Positions 18,065 to 25,661 of a stretch of DNA of 42,183 nucleotides are shown one piece after another. How positions within the stretch are numbered: position 1 is the first letter of the stretch; each line of letters starts with the position of its first letter. The notes beneath the pieces were generated by a model. The model saw nothing but the letters and a program-made list of their open reading frames with translations. It did no database searches and was not told the DNA's origin. Source of the DNA: Deltaproteobacteria bacterium (GTDB lineage Bacteria > Myxococcota > JACRCW01); assembly GCA_016218805.1 (NCBI GenBank), contig JACRCW010000031.1, forward strand, positions 62,001 through 104,183, read 5' to 3'. The position numbers and the translations under genes are program-made.

Positions 18065-18826
18065 ATGGTCACCACCACCCAACCCGATCCCGCCGGCCAG
18101 GAGGCCGCGTTCAATGACGTCAGTCCCCGCGCCGCCGCGCTGGCTCCCGCGCTCGTCCGGCGCCGCGGTGATGTCCAACTTGCGCTGGACAACGTCAACA
18201 CCGGACTGGCTGCCCTTGAGTCCCGGAGCGCGGACCTGCTGGCCAAGTGGCCCGCGGCTCGGGTGGACGCGCTGGCCGGCGCGCGTGAGCTTGCGCTGGC
18301 GGCCGTGTTCGCGTCCTCACGCGCCAACCAGCTTGACGTCCGCGAGAAAGACCTGACGGCGCTCATCTCCCAGATGTACGCGGCGAGGGACAAGACGTTT
18401 GCGGTGATGGACATGTGTGCCACCTGGGAACTCATCCCGGCAGAGCGCGTGGGCAAGATCCGCGAAGGCAAGGGCGCCATTGACGGCGGGCAGGACCTGG
18501 TGGACGGGATGGCGCTGCTGCGGGAGTACGGCGCGGCGCTGCAAGGCAAGACGCCGCTCACGCCGGCGTTCCTGACGGACACCGAAGCGCTGGGCAACCG
18601 GGTGGTGCAGGAACTCAAGAAGGAAGGCGGCCGCAAGGACGTCAACCTGACCGCCAAGGACGCGGCAGACCTGGCCAACCGCATCTGGACGCTGCTGTGT
18701 GACGCCCATTCCGAACTCCGCAAGGCGGGCTTTGAGTTGTGGGGCGACGCCCTGGACGACCACGTTCCCCTGCTGCAAAGCCGGGTGGGCGGCGGGCGAC
18801 GCGCGGCACCTGGCAAGCCCTCCTGA
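18065..18826 (+). CDS. Hypothetical, predicted helical protein (253 aa)
   Basis: GGAGG RBS, strong GC3 bias; no signal peptide or recognisable catalytic motif; directly followed by the 42-bp repeat array. Confidence 0.8.
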   Translation: MVTTTQPDPAGQEAAFNDVSPRAAALAPALVRRRGDVQLALDNVNTGLAALESRSADLLAKWPAARVDALAGARELALAAVFASSRANQLDVREKDLTALISQMYAARDKTFAVMDMCATWELIPAERVGKIREGKGAIDGGQDLVDGMALLREYGAALQGKTPLTPAFLTDTEALGNRVVQELKKEGGRKDVNLTAKDAADLANRIWTLLCDAHSELRKAGFELWGDALDDHVPLLQSRVGGGRRAAPGKPS

Positions 18827-18853
18827 CCCGGTATCACACCCTCTACGACATCC

Positions 18854-19030
18854 AGCCTTCCCGGGAGACTGGGGAAGTGCCGGAGGGTGGCTCGGACCCA
18901 CCGCTTGGCACTGATCCAGTGCCGGAGGCATTGCTTTGAGCCACGGTTGGGCAGTTCCCCAGTGGAAAGGGGTGGGTGCGAGCCTTCCTCCGGGACTGAC
19001 CCAGTGGCGGAGGGTGGCTGGGAGCCAGGC
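18854..19030. repeat. Degenerate 42-bp palindromic tandem repeat array (4 units plus a partial unit)
   Basis: Units start at 18854, 18896, 18939, 18981 and 19023; consensus AGCC-N7-GGCACTG-N3-CAGTGCCGGAGGGTGGCT-N3. AGTG recurs at 18876, 18918, 18961 and 19003. Confidence 0.8.
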
Positions 19031-19092
19031 GCTGGCCAAGGAGAACACCGGCGCCTGGGGTAGGGTGTTGCTGCGCCCGGGAGGAGGCAACC

Positions 19093-20268
19093 ATGCTCAA
19101 GCGCATCAGCCTGCAGAATTTCAAGAGTTTTGGCATACGGCAGGACGTGCCGCTTGCCCCGCTCAGCGTGCTGGTGGGGGCCAACAACACGGGCAAGTCC
19201 TGTTTCCTCAGCCTGGCCCGGTTCCTCCACAACGCCCTGCGGGGCGGGGCGCTCAAGCGCGAGGGCGGCGTGGAGGCGGTGCTCCACCGCCCACCCCACG
19301 GCAACGGCGAGTTGGTGGTGGGATGGGCCACCGAACAGGGCGAGTATGAGAGCCGGTCCTCGCTGGAGGGGGACATCCGCCAACTTGAGGAGCGGCTTGT
19401 CCACCACGATTTGGGTCCAGCATGGGAGGAAGACGGCGGGTTCCTGAGGTTCCGCGTGAAGGCGGTCATCCAGCCGCCGCCGTCAGCGAGGAAGCTGTTT
19501 GAAGGACTCCGCTGGGCCAGGACTCTCGCCGAGCAAGGCCACGAGGAGATGAAGCCGTTTGAGGCTTTGTGGTCGCCCTGGGTCAACAGCCGTCTGCTGC
19601 GGCTGGACACGGCGGCGCTTGGCAGCGACACGAATGCTATTGACGACGAGTGGTTCCCCGGCCCGGTGCTCAAGGACAACGGGCAGGGACTGGCCGCCGT
19701 GATTGCGCGCTGGGATGAGGAGGAACGGGAGCCAACCGTGGACGGCCGCGCGCTGCGCAGCGCCGACCCGCGCCGTGCGGCGGAGTTCAGGCGTTTTGTG
19801 ATGGAGACCATCCCGGAGGTCCGCGCGGTGCACGCCAGGGCTCGTCCGGACGGGGGTTGGAGCCTGGTGGTGGAGCAGCAGAATGGTCAGGAGTTCGCGG
19901 GGAGCCAGGTGTCGGATGGCGTGCTGGCGACCATGGGGTTCGCCGCGCACGTGTTTGCGGCGCCTCGCGGTGGGGTGCTGTTCATTGAGGAACCGGAGAA
20001 CCACGTGCACCCGCTGCGGCTGCGCGCGCTGGTGGACATGTTCCGCCGTGCGGTGCGGGAACGCGGGTGCCAGGTGTTGCTGTCCACGCATTCGCCGGTG
20101 CTGCTGAACGAGTTCCGTGACGAGGCCGACTGTGTGCTGTTGTTCCGGCGGTCCGCGGAGGGGACGCGCGTGGCACCGCTGACGGAGGTGCCCTGGGTGC
20201 GGGAGGAACTGGCCACCGCGCTTCCCGGTGACCTCATGCAGGCGGGGTTCTTTGCCGAGGCGCCCTGA
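19093..20268 (+). CDS. ABC-type ATPase (AAA_15/AAA_21-like)
   Basis: 'ISLQNFKSF', Walker A 'GANNTGKS', signature 'SDG', Walker B/D-loop 'IEEPENHVHP', H-loop 'STHSP'; GGAGG RBS. Confidence 0.9.
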   Translation: MLKRISLQNFKSFGIRQDVPLAPLSVLVGANNTGKSCFLSLARFLHNALRGGALKREGGVEAVLHRPPHGNGELVVGWATEQGEYESRSSLEGDIRQLEERLVHHDLGPAWEEDGGFLRFRVKAVIQPPPSARKLFEGLRWARTLAEQGHEEMKPFEALWSPWVNSRLLRLDTAALGSDTNAIDDEWFPGPVLKDNGQGLAAVIARWDEEEREPTVDGRALRSADPRRAAEFRRFVMETIPEVRAVHARARPDGGWSLVVEQQNGQEFAGSQVSDGVLATMGFAAHVFAAPRGGVLFIEEPENHVHPLRLRALVDMFRRAVRERGCQVLLSTHSPVLLNEFRDEADCVLLFRRSAEGTRVAPLTEVPWVREELATALPGDLMQAGFFAEAP

Positions 20269-20269
20269 A

Positions 20270-20869
20270 ATGCTCCGCCTGGGCATTGCCACCGAGTGTG
20301 ACGACTACGACGGCGAGGTTTTTCGATTCCTGGTGGAGCGTCTGCTGGCGCGTCCTGTCGAGCGGTGGCAGACCGAGATCCACTTCTACGGCGACCGCTC
20401 CGTGAAGAAGTTGGCTGGCGCGTACATGCGCCTGGCGGCAAGGAGCGGTGTGCGGGACTTTCTGTTCGCCGTGGACAATGACGGCGGGGCCCGGCGCCGG
20501 CCGGAACACGCGCCGGACCATGACGTGGACGCGCAGGCCGCAGACGAAAAGGACGGGTGCCGCTGGTGCTGGCTGGAGCGGGCCACGGCAGGCGCTGTGG
20601 CGGATGTCCGCTGTGTGGTGGTGCCGGTGCAGACACTGGAGACCTGGTTGCTGGTGGCGCGCGGGGATGCACTGCACCCGGCCCCCGAAAAGGTCTTCCA
20701 CCGGTCCGCACTCAAGAAGCAGTTCTTTGGCCCCCACCCCTTGCCGCCAACCGAGCAACGCACCCAGGTGGCCCTGGCTGCCCTGGAACTTCCGGGCGGC
20801 ATCGCGCGGCTTGGGGAGTTGGCCAGTTTCAGGCAGTTCGAAGTCCAATTGGAGCCGTGGCGGGGATAG
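20270..20869 (+). CDS. TOPRIM-like / DUF4276-like protein (partner of ATPase 1)
   Basis: ATG 1 nt after the ATPase stop; N-terminal strand + 'ECDDYD', 'AVDND' (DxD) and 'PVQTLETWLL' motifs. Confidence 0.7.
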   Translation: MLRLGIATECDDYDGEVFRFLVERLLARPVERWQTEIHFYGDRSVKKLAGAYMRLAARSGVRDFLFAVDNDGGARRRPEHAPDHDVDAQAADEKDGCRWCWLERATAGAVADVRCVVVPVQTLETWLLVARGDALHPAPEKVFHRSALKKQFFGPHPLPPTEQRTQVALAALELPGGIARLGELASFRQFEVQLEPWRG

Positions 20870-20920
20870 GAGGGCGGCGGCGACGCCCACTTCTGGCTGC
20901 GAGCGCCAAGAAGTGGTTGG

Positions 20921-21847
20921 ATGCGGAGCATGATTGCCAGCGTGAGCATCCGGAACGTGCAGTGCCTCAGGCGCCTTGAGGTGCCTCTGCGGCCGCTCAC
21001 CGTGCTGGTGGGCAACAACGACACCGGGAAGTCCACGTTCCTGCGGGCGTTGTGGCACCTCAGCACTGGAACGGCGCCAACCCGGTCGTTCGGGGCGGAA
21101 CCTCGTCAGGCGCTTGTCTTGGAGGCCGCCCTGGGCGGCGACCGCTTCCCGATTGCGATCGGAGCAGCGCCCCCTATCCCTTATCGACGAGTCCTGGTCA
21201 CGCAGCTGCCCGCCAACGGTGTGCAGCTCGTAGGTCAAGGGTTCTACGACAACCAGGGCGTGCCGGAGCTGGGCGCGAACGGCAGCAACGTCCCGGCGCT
21301 TCTGGACCACTTCTTCCGGCACGACGAGCCGCGCTGGAAGGATTTCAAGAATGCGCTGAAAGCCCAGGTGCCCGGTGTGCAGGACGTGCAGATTGCCACA
21401 CCGGACCCGTCAACCCGCCGCGTGGATCTGGTGATTGAGAACGGTCAGCGCATGCCCGCCGACCAGGCGTCCACCGGCGTGCGGGCGCTCATTTTCTACC
21501 TGGCGCTGGCGTATCACCCCACGCCCGCGCCGCTCATCCTCATTGAAGAGCCCGAGACTGGCCTCCACCCCAAGCGCCTGGAGGATGTGATGCGCCTCCT
21601 GCGGGCCATTGCGGAGGGCCAGCACGGGAGCCCAGCTCAGGTCGTGCTGTCGACGCACTCGCCGTACCTGTTGGACTGCGTGGACCTTGAGAAGGACCAA
21701 GTCCTGGTCTTCCGGCGTCTCCCCGACGGCACACGCACCGCGGAGCCGGCGGACACGGCACGCCTCAAGGTCTTCCTGGACGAGTTCAAGCTGGGAGAGG
21801 TCTGGTTCAACCGCGGCGAGGACGGCCTCGTGAAAGAGGGCGTGTAG
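20921..21847 (+). CDS. Compact ABC-type ATPase (AAA_15/AAA_21-like)
   Basis: 'SIRNVQCL', Walker A 'GNNDTGKST', 'ASTG', 'IEEPETGLHP', 'STHSPYLLD'. Start 20921 or 20930. Confidence 0.9.
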   Translation: MRSMIASVSIRNVQCLRRLEVPLRPLTVLVGNNDTGKSTFLRALWHLSTGTAPTRSFGAEPRQALVLEAALGGDRFPIAIGAAPPIPYRRVLVTQLPANGVQLVGQGFYDNQGVPELGANGSNVPALLDHFFRHDEPRWKDFKNALKAQVPGVQDVQIATPDPSTRRVDLVIENGQRMPADQASTGVRALIFYLALAYHPTPAPLILIEEPETGLHPKRLEDVMRLLRAIAEGQHGSPAQVVLSTHSPYLLDCVDLEKDQVLVFRRLPDGTRTAEPADTARLKVFLDEFKLGEVWFNRGEDGLVKEGV

Positions 21848-21850
21848 ACC

Positions 21851-22429
21851 ATGCACATTCTCGGCGTCGGTGATGGCCCCCGCGACCAGGCCATCATGGA
21901 ACCGATTCTCTGCACCCTCGCCGGCATGCGGGTGAGTGTTGAGTTCAAGACATGGAAGGCCCTACGCGTCGGTGGGTACGCCAAAGCGATGAAGTTCGTG
22001 ATTCGCGAGGTGTTCGACGCGGGAGCCAGGTACGGCGGAGTAGTGGCGTGGGCGGACGATGACGGCGTGTCGGAAAACCGGCTCAAGCAGCTCAGGGATG
22101 GGCGGAACCACAGCGCTCCTCAGTTCGCCGTGAAGGCGGCCGTTGGCGTGGCGGTTCCCCACGCCGAGGCATGGCTACTGGATGATGCCGTCGCCATTCG
22201 CCAGACGCTTGGCCTGGACAGCACCGTGGACGTCCCCCGAGTTACCGAGTGCGCGTATCCGAAGACCACCCTGGACGCCCTGGTGAAACAAGCCTACGTC
22301 GGTGAGGACGTCATGGATGCGCTCCCTCGGATTGCAGAGGCGCTTGACCCCACGCGAATGACCCACGCCAAACGGACGGGGTTCGAGACCTTTCAAACGG
22401 ACTTCCAGGAGCAGTTCGGCCGTCCCTAA
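21851..22429 (+). CDS. TOPRIM-like / DUF4276-like protein (partner of ATPase 2)
   Basis: 'GDGPRD', 'WADDD', 'AVPHAEAWLLDD', 'YPK'; starts 3 nt after the ATPase stop; more A/T-ending codons than the glt genes. Confidence 0.7.
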   Translation: MHILGVGDGPRDQAIMEPILCTLAGMRVSVEFKTWKALRVGGYAKAMKFVIREVFDAGARYGGVVAWADDDGVSENRLKQLRDGRNHSAPQFAVKAAVGVAVPHAEAWLLDDAVAIRQTLGLDSTVDVPRVTECAYPKTTLDALVKQAYVGEDVMDALPRIAEALDPTRMTHAKRTGFETFQTDFQEQFGRP

Positions 22430-22535
22430 CCGGCATGCCGTCACCTTCATCCGGCGGAGCAAAACCAGGCAGACCCCGGCCGCGTCATCCTCCTTGCGGT
22501 TGAAGGATGCCGCCGCCGTCTGGTACTCCGGCGCC

Positions 22536-23111
22536 ATGAAGACGGGCGTGGCCAGCAAGTCATTGGGCGTGTGCGCGGCGTTGGCCGCCACGTGGGCGTG
22601 GACCAGCGCGTGTGACATCAGCGCGGACTGCCTGCCGTGGTTCAGTGGCGTGGGGTGCTTTGACACGGACCTGGGCGCCAAATGCTCTTCTGACGAGGCC
22701 ACGCTCAAGCGCGTGACCGTCAAGCCCAACAGCAATGACGTGGTCAGCGACCCCGGGTTTGAGAACTGCGAGAGCTTCTACTGCGCGTCCACCAACGGGT
22801 CCCGGCCATACTGCACCCGCCGCTGCGCATCCGACTTTGACTGCAACCCGGGCCTGCCCTGCCCGCCCAACGCACCGGACGACGAGCAGTGCCGCCGCCG
22901 CGATCGTTCCAACTGGTCCTGCGGCGTCGTCATCGAGTTCGGTGCGCTGGCCTGCAGTTCAGTGGACCCGGAGACGGGCAGCTGCGAGCTGGACCCCGTC
23001 ACCGGGAAGGTGAAGAGCCCCGCCAAGTACTGCCGCGTCGCGGACGGAGTGGTGGACGTGGGAGAACTCAACGAGCCGACCGCGTCCGTGGCGACTGACG
23101 GCGGGCCCTGA
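22536..23111 (+). CDS. gltK: Cys-rich lipoprotein, GltK/CglC-like
   Basis: Lipobox 'TSAC'; 'DLGAKC…ENCESFYC…YCTRRC' cysteine pattern resembles CglC/GltK from recollection; close to cglB-gltA/B-gltC. Confidence 0.55.
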   Translation: MKTGVASKSLGVCAALAATWAWTSACDISADCLPWFSGVGCFDTDLGAKCSSDEATLKRVTVKPNSNDVVSDPGFENCESFYCASTNGSRPYCTRRCASDFDCNPGLPCPPNAPDDEQCRRRDRSNWSCGVVIEFGALACSSVDPETGSCELDPVTGKVKSPAKYCRVADGVVDVGELNEPTASVATDGGP

Positions 23112-23145
23112 GTGCGGACTGAGAAGATTCTTGGGCGGGGAGGAC

Positions 23146-23181
23146 AATGGGTCGGCGGCCGGCGGGGACGCCGGCCCCACA
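23146..23181 (-). repeat. REP-like element, copy 1
   Basis: 36 bp, 34/36 identical to 28652-28687; minus strand reads GTGG-G-GCCGGCG-TCCC-CGCCGGC (tetranucleotide foot plus 7-bp hairpin); between convergent genes. Confidence 0.75.
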
Positions 23182-23238
23182 GGCACTGTCAGGTAGCGTG
23201 GCGGTTCAGCTCAGCGCAGTGGCGGTGACACCCACCCC

Positions 23239-24357
23239 TCAGTGCCGCGCCACCGCGGGCTGCGCCTTCTTGGACGCGCCGTTGGGCCGCGCCACCGGCA
23301 CTTCCCACAGCCAGCCGTGCTCGTCCTTGGCCGTCCCGTACTGGATGCCGGTGATGGCCTCGTACAGGCGCCGGCTCACCTCGCCCACGTTGCCGTCACC
23401 CAGCACCATCCGCTGGCCGTGCCAGCCCAACTCGCCCACCGGAGAAATCACCGCCGCCGTCCCGCTGCCAAACACCTCCAGCAGCTCGCCCTTCTTGTGG
23501 CGCTCCACAATCTCATCAACGGTGATGGTGCGCTCGGTGGCGTTCATCCCCCAGGACCGCAGCAGGTCAATGACGGACGCCCGCGTGATGCCCGGGAGGA
23601 TGCTGCCGGACAGCGCCGGGGTCGCCACCTCGTCGTTGAAGCGGATGAACACGTTCATCGTGCCCACCTCTTCCAGGTCGCGGTGGTTGGCCGCGTCCAG
23701 CCACAGCACCTGGCTGTAGCCGCGCTTCTTGGCCTCTTCAGCCGCCAGCAGGCTGGCCGCGTAGTTGGCCCCCGCCTTCACCGCGCCCAGGCCGCCCTTG
23801 GACGCGCGGACGTAGGTGTCCTCAATCCAGATCTTCACCGGGTTGAGGCCTTCGGCGTAGTACGCCGCCACCGGTGAGGTGATGACAAAGAACGTGTGCC
23901 GCGCGGAGGGGCGCACGCCCAGGAACGGCTCGGTCGCAATGAGCGTGGGGCGGATATAGAGCGCGGTGCCGACGCTGGCGGGGACCCACGCCCGGTCCAC
24001 GTCCACCAGCGTCTTGATGCCGTCCTCCAGCAGCGCGAGGTCCGGTGACGGCATGCACAGGCGTTCGGCGCCGCGCGCCAGGCGCTTGCAGTGCTCGTCC
24101 AGGCGGAAGATGCGGACCACGTCATCCTTGCCGCGGAACGCCTTGAGGCCCTCAAACATGGCTTGGCCGTAGTGGAACACGGCGGAGGCGGGGTCCAGCG
24201 TGAGGGGCCCGTAGGGAACGACGCGCGCCGAATGCCAGCCCTTCCCCGGCTCGTGGTCCATCATGAACATGTGGTCGGCAAACACCTTGCCGAACCCCAG
24301 GTCCTTGTCGGCCGGGCGGGTCCTCTGGGTCTGGCGGCGGGTGACGTCGATCTTCAT
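23239..24357 (-). CDS. ilvE: Branched-chain amino acid aminotransferase
   Basis: 'FHYGQAMFEGLKA', 'LYIRP', PLP lysine in 'KAGANYA', 'EEVGTMN', 'ILPGITR', 'GSGTAAVISPVG'. Confidence 0.95.
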   Translation of the reverse strand: MKIDVTRRQTQRTRPADKDLGFGKVFADHMFMMDHEPGKGWHSARVVPYGPLTLDPASAVFHYGQAMFEGLKAFRGKDDVVRIFRLDEHCKRLARGAERLCMPSPDLALLEDGIKTLVDVDRAWVPASVGTALYIRPTLIATEPFLGVRPSARHTFFVITSPVAAYYAEGLNPVKIWIEDTYVRASKGGLGAVKAGANYAASLLAAEEAKKRGYSQVLWLDAANHRDLEEVGTMNVFIRFNDEVATPALSGSILPGITRASVIDLLRSWGMNATERTITVDEIVERHKKGELLEVFGSGTAAVISPVGELGWHGQRMVLGDGNVGEVSRRLYEAITGIQYGTAKDEHGWLWEVPVARPNGASKKAQPAVARH

Positions 24358-24521
24358 GGCTGCACCTGCTTCCCTTCCAGGCGCCCCCGTGGGCCCTTGG
24401 GAGGCGGCGGGGGTAGACCAGCTTTGGGGGAGCTTTTCAAGCCCGGTGTTGGTGCGAAGGCCGCGTAGCACCCCGTCCTGCGCCGCAGGGCGTCACTGCC
24501 TCCGCCCGTGCTGGCGCGAGC

Positions 24522-25574
24522 TCAGCCTTTCTTTGCGCCCTTCTTGAAGAACTCCACCTGCCATTTTTCCACGTTCTTGTTGTGGCAGTAGAGGGTTTCG
24601 CAGAACACGTGGGTTCCATCATTCTGGCTGACAAAGAACAGGTATTTCACGTCTGCGGGAGCCACCGCGGCGTCAATGGCCGCCGCCCCGGGCGCGGCAA
24701 TGGGACCGGGGGGCAGACCCTTGATGATGTACGTGTTGTACGGGTGCGGCGTCTCCAGGTCCTTGCGGGTGATGTTCCCCTGGTAATCCGCAATTCCGTA
24801 GATCACCGTCGGGTCCGTCTGCAGCTTCATGCCCTTCTGCAGGCGGTTGTGGAACACGGCGCTGATGAGCGGGCGCTCCTTGGCGGCGCCGGTCTCCTTC
24901 TCCACAATGGAGGCCAGCGTGAGCACCTGGTGCGGGCTGAGCCCCAGCGCTTTGCCCTTGGCCATGATCTCCGGGGTGAGCGCCTTGTCCGCACGCTGCC
25001 GCATCACCTTGAGGATGTCCTTGGCGCTCACGCCGGACGGGAAGCGGTAGGTGTCCGGGAACAGGTACCCCTCCAGGTGGCCCTGTTCCTTGGGGACGCC
25101 CATGGCCTCGGCAAAGTCCGCGTCGCGCATGAACTCCAGCAGCTCGTCCTCGCGGGCCAGCCGGGTGGCGCCAATGATGCGTGCGATCTCTTTGAGGTTG
25201 CTGCCCTCAGGGATGGTGAACTTGTAGGTGACGACGTCACCTTTGATGAGCCTGGCCATGATCTGCGCGGGGGCCAGGGAGGCGGACAGGTCGTATTCGC
25301 CGGGGCGCAGCAGGTGGTCCTGGCCCTTGAAGTAGCGCGCGTACAGGTAGAACTGCCGCGCGGAGCGGATGACACCGGCCTTCTCCAGTTCCTGCCCAAT
25401 GGCCTGCGTGGTGCTCCCGCGGGCCACGGTGACCCGAACGCTGGGCGCCTTGTCCTCGGCGTACGGCGTCTCCCCAAACTTCTCCAGCCGCCGGTACAGG
25501 ATCACTGCCGTGGCGCCGACGGACGCGGCCACCAGGCCGACGGTCACCAGGATGGCGGTGAGGATCCTGCGCAT
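24522..25574 (-). CDS. mltG: Endolytic transglycosylase MltG (YceG family; AgmT-like)
   Basis: N-terminal TM; 'TIPEG', 'LEGYLFPDTY', 'LASIVEKE', 'LQTDPTVIY', 'YNTY…GLPPGPI', 'YLFFV'. Confidence 0.95.
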   Translation of the reverse strand: MRRILTAILVTVGLVAASVGATAVILYRRLEKFGETPYAEDKAPSVRVTVARGSTTQAIGQELEKAGVIRSARQFYLYARYFKGQDHLLRPGEYDLSASLAPAQIMARLIKGDVVTYKFTIPEGSNLKEIARIIGATRLAREDELLEFMRDADFAEAMGVPKEQGHLEGYLFPDTYRFPSGVSAKDILKVMRQRADKALTPEIMAKGKALGLSPHQVLTLASIVEKETGAAKERPLISAVFHNRLQKGMKLQTDPTVIYGIADYQGNITRKDLETPHPYNTYIIKGLPPGPIAAPGAAAIDAAVAPADVKYLFFVSQNDGTHVFCETLYCHNKNVEKWQVEFFKKGAKKG

Positions 25575-25661
25575 GGGCCCTGGTCTACTACGGACCGCGC
25601 CGGCCGGCGCGTTTGCCACGCTTGTGGTGGCAGCCCGCCGCGCGGCATGCTGGTTGTGCCC

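Noticed and set aside
18854..19030. CRISPR array or retron msr-msd interpretation of the repeats
   Set aside because: Units are contiguous and degenerate with no unique spacers; no cas or reverse transcriptase gene in the window.
17716..19407. 563-aa minus-strand ORF spanning the repeat array
   Set aside because: Overlaps three better-supported genes and is S/P/R-rich; a short coding stretch across the array cannot be fully excluded.
17850..22530. Prophage, IS or ICE call for the island
   Set aside because: No integrase, transposase, terminal repeats or target duplication seen.
24582..25661. N-terminal 360 aa of the 802-aa ORF 24582-26990
   Set aside because: Antisense to mltG; only the hydrophobic part from about 25647-25662 looks coding.
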